From the NCBI GenBank assembly GCA_963695545.1, contig OY968796.1, positions 2,080,001 through 2,144,000 on the forward strand: DNA of 64,000 nt, given 5' to 3'. The translations under genes were made by a program, and so were the position numbers. The stretch is from Terriglobia bacterium. GTDB taxonomy: Bacteria > Acidobacteriota > Terriglobia > Acidiferrales > UBA7541. Under the pieces are notes generated by a model. The model did not search any database and was not told the DNA's origin. It saw nothing but the letters and a program-made list of their open reading frames with translations. Positions 59,549 to 64,000 of this stretch are shown piece by piece (position 1 is the stretch's first letter; each line of letters starts with the position of its first letter).

Positions 59549-59881
59549 ATGAATACCGACGCTGTCTTCAAAGCCTTGGCCGACCCCAGCCGCCGCACGC
59601 TGCTCGATCGCCTATTTGAAGATAACGGCCAAAGCCTGAACCAACTCTGCGCCGGACTGCGCATGACGCGACAGGCCGTGAGCAAGCATCTCGGCATTCT
59701 CGAACGCGCCAATCTTGTGGCCACTCTCAAACGCGGACGCGACAAGCATCATTTCCTCAATCCCGTTCCCATTCACGAGATCGCGGAAAGATGGATCGGC
59801 AAGTACGAGCGCGTGCGCCTGCACGCTCTCCACGACCTGAAGAAAAAACTCGAACACAAGAAAGGGAAGGACCATGCCTAA
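59549..59881 (+). CDS. ArsR/SmtB-family regulator
   Basis: VFKALADPSRR.LL, MTRQAVSKHL.ILE.A.LV. Confidence 0.93.
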   Translation: MNTDAVFKALADPSRRTLLDRLFEDNGQSLNQLCAGLRMTRQAVSKHLGILERANLVATLKRGRDKHHFLNPVPIHEIAERWIGKYERVRLHALHDLKKKLEHKKGKDHA

Positions 59882-60335
59882 CGACAAATTCGTCTACGTA
59901 ATCTACATCCGCACCACGCCCGAAAAACTCTGGGACGCGTTGACCCAACCCGAATTCACTCGTGCCTACTGGAGCGGCGTCACGCACGACACCACTTGGG
60001 AGCAAGGCTCGCCGTGGAAGCTGATGATCCCCGACGGCCGCGTCGGCGACACCGGCGAAATCGTCGAAATCGACAAGCCCCGCCGCCTGGTGCTCAAGTG
60101 GCGAAACGAATTTAAGCCCGAGCTTCGCGCCGAAGGCTTCTCAACTTGCGTGTTCGAGCTCAAGCAGGAAGGCGACGCCGTCAAGCTCACGATCACACAC
60201 GGGATCGATAAGTCCGGATCGAAATTTATCGAAGCTGTGTCGAACGGCTGGCCGATCATACTCTCGAGCCTGAAAAGCCTGCTGGAGACCGGCGACGCGC
60301 TCGAGGCCACCAAGCATTGGCCGAAGGGAGTTTGA
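59874..60335 (+). CDS. SRPBCC/AHSA1-domain protein
   Basis: YVIYIRTTPEKLWDALT, PRRLVLKW, VKLTITH, GWPIILSSLKSLLETG. Confidence 0.92.
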   Translation: MPNDKFVYVIYIRTTPEKLWDALTQPEFTRAYWSGVTHDTTWEQGSPWKLMIPDGRVGDTGEIVEIDKPRRLVLKWRNEFKPELRAEGFSTCVFELKQEGDAVKLTITHGIDKSGSKFIEAVSNGWPIILSSLKSLLETGDALEATKHWPKGV

Positions 60336-60388
60336 TCCCTTCGCCGGGCGTGTGCCTCGGAGCAGTCCGGCCGATCGAGACCGATCGC

Positions 60389-60811
60389 TCAGGCTGTCGG
60401 AGGCATCGGACGTTCGTGAATGATCATCCACGACGTCCCAAATTTGTCCCTGAGCATCGCGAAGCGGAACGCGAAAAAGGTCTCCTCCATTTTCATGAAG
60501 ATCTCGCCGCCGTCGGAGAGCAGCGCATAAATGCGTTCGGCTTCTTCCGTGCTGCCGACGCCCAGCGAAAGATAAACGCTGCGCATCGGTTGAAAGCGCT
60601 CCGGCGGAGCGTCGCTGGCCATAATCTCCGCCCCGCCGATGGTCATGCGCGCGTGCAGAATCTTATTCGCCATACCCGGCGGCGCCTGGCTCGGATCCGG
60701 CATTTGGCCGAAGGTCATCTTCGACGTGATTTTCCCGCCGAGATGTTTCTCGTAAAACTCGAACGCCTCCGCGCAGTTGCCGCCAAAGTTGAGGTACGTG
60801 TGCAGCTTCAT
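60389..60811 (-). CDS. VOC/PhnB-family protein
   Basis: YLNFGGNCAEAFEFY, ILHARM, MASD, ETFFA.RFAML.DKFG.SWM; start at ATG 60811. Confidence 0.9.
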   Translation of the reverse strand: MKLHTYLNFGGNCAEAFEFYEKHLGGKITSKMTFGQMPDPSQAPPGMANKILHARMTIGGAEIMASDAPPERFQPMRSVYLSLGVGSTEEAERIYALLSDGGEIFMKMEETFFAFRFAMLRDKFGTSWMIIHERPMPPTA

Positions 60812-60950
60812 TTTGGAATTTTTCCTTTCGGTGATCCGAAACTTAGACCAGGCCTCGCGGAGAAAGATTACCGCGCGGGCCGCAGTCGGGCCAGTGGGTC
60901 GCCAGTCTTCATGCTCGCAGCTCGCTCGACGGGCCATCCGCCTCCAAATG

Positions 60951-60976
60951 AAAAAGGGGCGGCACATGCCGCCCCT
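60951..60976 (-). terminator. Intrinsic terminator after the SDR gene
   Basis: Minus strand GGGGCGGCA-tg-TGCCGCCCC followed by TTTTT. Confidence 0.75.
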
Positions 60977-61004
60977 CCCACGTTCCACGTGTCATCCGAG
61001 AAAT

Positions 61005-61754
61005 TTAGATTTGCCCCAGCCCGCCGTCCACGTTCAGCTCCACGCCCGTGATGTACGACGCATCCTGCGAAGCCAGAAATGCCACCGCGCCGGCTACTTC
61101 CTCGGGCTGACCGAATCGCTTCATGGGAACGCGCACCTCGATGTCCTTGGCGAATTCATCGATGGCCGCCCTCGACAGGCCGGTCCTGCCGAAGATCGGT
61201 GTGGCGATCGGCCCCGGCGCCACCGCGTTCACGCGGATGCCGCGCCCCACCAGTTCGGAAGCCGCCGTTCTCGCGAGGGAGCGCAGCGCCGCCTTCGTGG
61301 CCGCGTACGCGCTGGTTCCCGCGGTTCCTTTGGTCGAAACCACGCTGGTATTCAAAATGATTGACGCGCCGTCATTCAGAAACGGCAGCGCCTTCTGGAT
61401 CGTGAAGTAGGCTCCCTTGATGTTGATGTCGAACTGCTCGTCGTACACGCCTTCCGATGTTCCCGCGATCGGCGCGAACTTCGCCACTCCCGCGTTCACG
61501 AACAACACATCGATCTTGCCCAACTTTTGCGAAACCTCCGCGTACAACGCGTCCACGTCAGCGAGTTTCGAGACGTCCGCCTGCACCGCCACCACGCCGT
61601 TCCCGATCGTTTTCACCGCTTCATCCAGCGTTTTTCTGCTGCGGCCCGAAATCGCCACGCGCGCGCCCTCTTCCTGCAGCCGCTTGGCCGTCGCCAGGCC
61701 AATCCCGCTGTTTCCGCCGGTCACTAACGCCACTTTTCCTTCGAGTCGATTCAT
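61005..61754 (-). CDS. Short-chain dehydrogenase/reductase
   Basis: TGGNSGIG, VNAG, YAATK, RVNAVAPG, VDGG. Confidence 0.95.
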   Translation of the reverse strand: MNRLEGKVALVTGGNSGIGLATAKRLQEEGARVAISGRSRKTLDEAVKTIGNGVVAVQADVSKLADVDALYAEVSQKLGKIDVLFVNAGVAKFAPIAGTSEGVYDEQFDINIKGAYFTIQKALPFLNDGASIILNTSVVSTKGTAGTSAYAATKAALRSLARTAASELVGRGIRVNAVAPGPIATPIFGRTGLSRAAIDEFAKDIEVRVPMKRFGQPEEVAGAVAFLASQDASYITGVELNVDGGLGQI

Positions 61755-61840
61755 GTCGCTCTCCTCTTTTTGCCCAATAGTTCGCCTCGCGGTCTCCGAG
61801 GCGTCGGTGCCGCCGATCTCGGCGCCCGCACCATTTAGAC

Positions 61841-61860
61841 ACTTAGATGATCATCGAAGT
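61841..61860. promoter_or_regulatory. Palindromic operator between divergent SDR and ArsR genes
   Basis: ACTTAGATGA-TCATCGAAGT, near-perfect 20-bp inverted repeat. Confidence 0.7.
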
Positions 61861-61952
61861 ATGAAGATGCAGGGTTTCCTGGTCTTGATTGTGGAAAACA
61901 CGCTTATCTCTGGCGGTAAGGCAGCCCGATTCGCTACACTCTCGATCGGCCT

Positions 61953-62249
61953 ATGGTCCGCTCCGACATCGAAAAAATCTCAAAAGCCCTGGCCGACCAG
62001 ACGCGCCTGCGGATCTTCGAAGCCATCTCCGCATCGGAGCACATGAACTGTGGCCAGATCGTCTCCATGCGCGGCGTCACCCCCGCCACCGTTTCTCACC
62101 ATCTCAAGGTTTTGAGCGAAGCCGGCCTGATCGCCTGCCAGCGCGAAGGCCAATTCGTCTATAGCCGCGCCGTTCCCGAAACCGTCGCAGCCTATACGCA
62201 GGCCCTCGCGAAAATCGCGCGCGGCAAAAAGGCCCCACGCCGCCGCTGA
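61953..62249 (+). CDS. ArsR-family regulator
   Basis: KALADQTRLRI, NCG, TVSHHLKVL.EAGLI..QREG. Confidence 0.92.
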   Translation: MVRSDIEKISKALADQTRLRIFEAISASEHMNCGQIVSMRGVTPATVSHHLKVLSEAGLIACQREGQFVYSRAVPETVAAYTQALAKIARGKKAPRRR

Positions 62250-62349
62250 TCCACGCAATTTTCCCTGCGGGCGCCGACCACACTTGGTCGGCGGCGCGCA
62301 GCGTGCGAAAATGCCCGCCCGTGTGATAGTTTCCCGCCGAGGCCAGTAG

Positions 62350-63903
62350 ATGCAGGAAAACCGCATGGGTAATCAGGAACACTCCTTTACAGACGATATA
62401 TGGATCGCGTGGGTCCTGGGCGGAGTGGCCCTCCTCGTCGAAATGCTGACGAACGGGCGCTACGGATATTTCCGCGACGAACTTTACTATCTGGCGGCGA
62501 GCGACCACCTCGCTTTTGGTTACGTCGATTTTGCGCCCCTGATCGCGTGGCTCGCACATGCCAGCCGCTTTGTCTTTGGCGATTCTCTCCATGCAATTCG
62601 CCTGCTCCCCGCTCTCGCCTTCGCGGCGGAGGTTGTGCTTACCGGTTTTATTACAAGGGAGTTGGGCGGCAGGCGTTGGGCGGTGCTGCTGGCCTGCGTA
62701 TCGGTTTTGGCGGCGCCGGTCATCCTGGCCAACGGTGGCCGCCTTTCGATGAATCCCCTGGAGCCGCTCTTCTGGATGGGCTGCGTCTATTTCCTGCTGC
62801 TCGCCATGAATCGGCAACAGCCAAAGCGGCTGTTGTGGTGTGGTGTGCTGCTCGGGTTCGGGCTCGAGAACAAGCATTCGACGATCTTCTTCCTTGGCGC
62901 TCTTGTGGCCGGCTTGCTGGCGACTTCCGAGCGCCGGCTATTTTCGAGTAAATGGTTTTGGATCGCCGCTGCGATCGCATTTTTGGTCGCCGTGCCCAAT
63001 GTCGCTTGGGAGTACATGCATCACTTTCCCACGCTGGTGGATCTGCGGAATGTGAGAGCTATCCACAAGAATGTCGAATTACCCCCGCTCCCTTTTCTTC
63101 TAGAACAGGTCATGATGCTCGGCCCGACCAGCGTCTTTGTCTGGACTGCCGGGCTTTGTTTTCTGCTGTTCCGCCGTGAGGGGAAGCGCTACCGTGCCCT
63201 TGGCGTCACTTATCTCGTTTTTCTTGCAGTGATGATGTTTCTAAAAGGGAAGGACTATTACCTCGCTCCCATTTATCCGTTGCTGTTTGCCGCGGGGGGA
63301 GTGTTCTGGGAGAAGTTGGCGGAGGCGCGTCCTGGACTGCGCTGGTTGCGCGTCGCCCGGCCCGCCATCGTGTTCGCCGCGGGCGTTGTCGCCGCGCCCA
63401 TCGTTCTCCCGATCCTTCCACCTGCAAAGATCGTCCCTTACATGGAAGCGCTCCACATTAAGGTGCCGCGAACGGAAACCCACATGAGCGGGCCGCTTCC
63501 GCAGTACTTCGCCGATGAATTCGGATGGCCCGAAATGGTCGAGGCTGTCGCCGGCGTTTACAACTCCTTGCCTCCCGATGAGCGCGCGAAGACCGCAATC
63601 CTCGCAGGCAACTATGGCGGGGCCGGCGCGATTGATTTCTTCGGGCCGCGCTATGGGTTGCCGAAGTCCATCAGTGCGCACCAAAGCTATTACGATTGGG
63701 GTCCGAGGCAGTACACCGGCGAAAGCATAATCATGCTGGAATGGAAGCTTGAGGATGCGCAGAAGTGGTGTCGCAGCGTGGACCAGGGGCCCAGGATCGA
63801 TCCCTACTACGGCATGGATCTGGAGCATTACACGATCCTGATCTGCCACGACCTCAAGGAACCGCTTCCGGAAGCCTGGCCTCATTTCAAGGTTTGGGAT
63901 TGA
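62350..63903 (+). CDS. GT-C membrane glycosyltransferase (GT39/ArnT-like)
   Basis: YGYFRDELYY, GYVD.APL, AIRLLP, GLENK, many TM helices, KDYYLAP. Confidence 0.88.
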   Translation: MQENRMGNQEHSFTDDIWIAWVLGGVALLVEMLTNGRYGYFRDELYYLAASDHLAFGYVDFAPLIAWLAHASRFVFGDSLHAIRLLPALAFAAEVVLTGFITRELGGRRWAVLLACVSVLAAPVILANGGRLSMNPLEPLFWMGCVYFLLLAMNRQQPKRLLWCGVLLGFGLENKHSTIFFLGALVAGLLATSERRLFSSKWFWIAAAIAFLVAVPNVAWEYMHHFPTLVDLRNVRAIHKNVELPPLPFLLEQVMMLGPTSVFVWTAGLCFLLFRREGKRYRALGVTYLVFLAVMMFLKGKDYYLAPIYPLLFAAGGVFWEKLAEARPGLRWLRVARPAIVFAAGVVAAPIVLPILPPAKIVPYMEALHIKVPRTETHMSGPLPQYFADEFGWPEMVEAVAGVYNSLPPDERAKTAILAGNYGGAGAIDFFGPRYGLPKSISAHQSYYDWGPRQYTGESIIMLEWKLEDAQKWCRSVDQGPRIDPYYGMDLEHYTILICHDLKEPLPEAWPHFKVWD

Positions 63904-63920
63904 ACGAAAATTTAGTTGCG

Positions 63921-64000
63921 TTGGCCTCGATTTCGCTTGCCGCCGGTGGCGCCGCGGCTTGGGGTGCGGTGTATCCCGGCTCGCAATTGTTTGGGCCGAC
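63921..64000 (+). CDS. Start of a possible polysaccharide deacetylase (truncated by window end)
   Basis: LASISLAAGGAAAWGAVYPGSQLFGP resembles the N-terminus of membrane-anchored deacetylases; only ~26 codons are visible. Confidence 0.3.
   Translation, partial: MASISLAAGGAAAWGAVYPGSQLFGP

Overview
GC-rich bacterial window whose gene content (acidobacterial-type VWA protein with an Oar-like receptor, NtrY/NtrX, GH8) suggests Acidobacteriota; the taxon is an inference. I found no rRNA, tRNA, CRISPR array, transposase or integrase. From left to right it holds: a truncated lipase; a cold-shock locus (csp, hypothetical, rpoD-like sigma without dnaG, RRM protein, small basic protein); STAS and ECF sigma; a CP-ATP-grasp/alpha-E/transglutaminase operon; assorted enzymes; a two-gene HTH + TIR/NDT-like islet bracketed by a duplicated GH8 3' end; a GIY-YIG gene flanked by REP-like repeats; moaA; and a GH63-like hydrolase. 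The main candidate system is an ~18 kb redox cluster at 24.8-42.8 kb. It comprises SthA, a tandem GlcG/HbpS lipoprotein, an outer-membrane barrel, a 10-heme + LVIVD-propeller protein, a methyltransferase, a decaheme, a His-rich membrane protein, a NuoG-N/2x cNMP/4x[4Fe-4S] fusion, a NuoE-F fusion and a c554-like cytochrome. It reads as a cyclic-nucleotide-responsive electron conduit from NAD(P)H to the cell surface. After it come an M50 protease, an SBP + NtrY/NtrX locus, a di-heme protein, the VWA/receptor pair, ArsR modules and a GT39. A second candidate is a ~250 bp element present twice in inverted orientation (19.8 kb and 52.5-52.8 kb), built of a palindrome, a sigma70 promoter, a leaderless ATG and three 39-bp units. 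All family calls come from reading motifs by eye, not from database searches, and several start codons were re-chosen relative to the ORF track.
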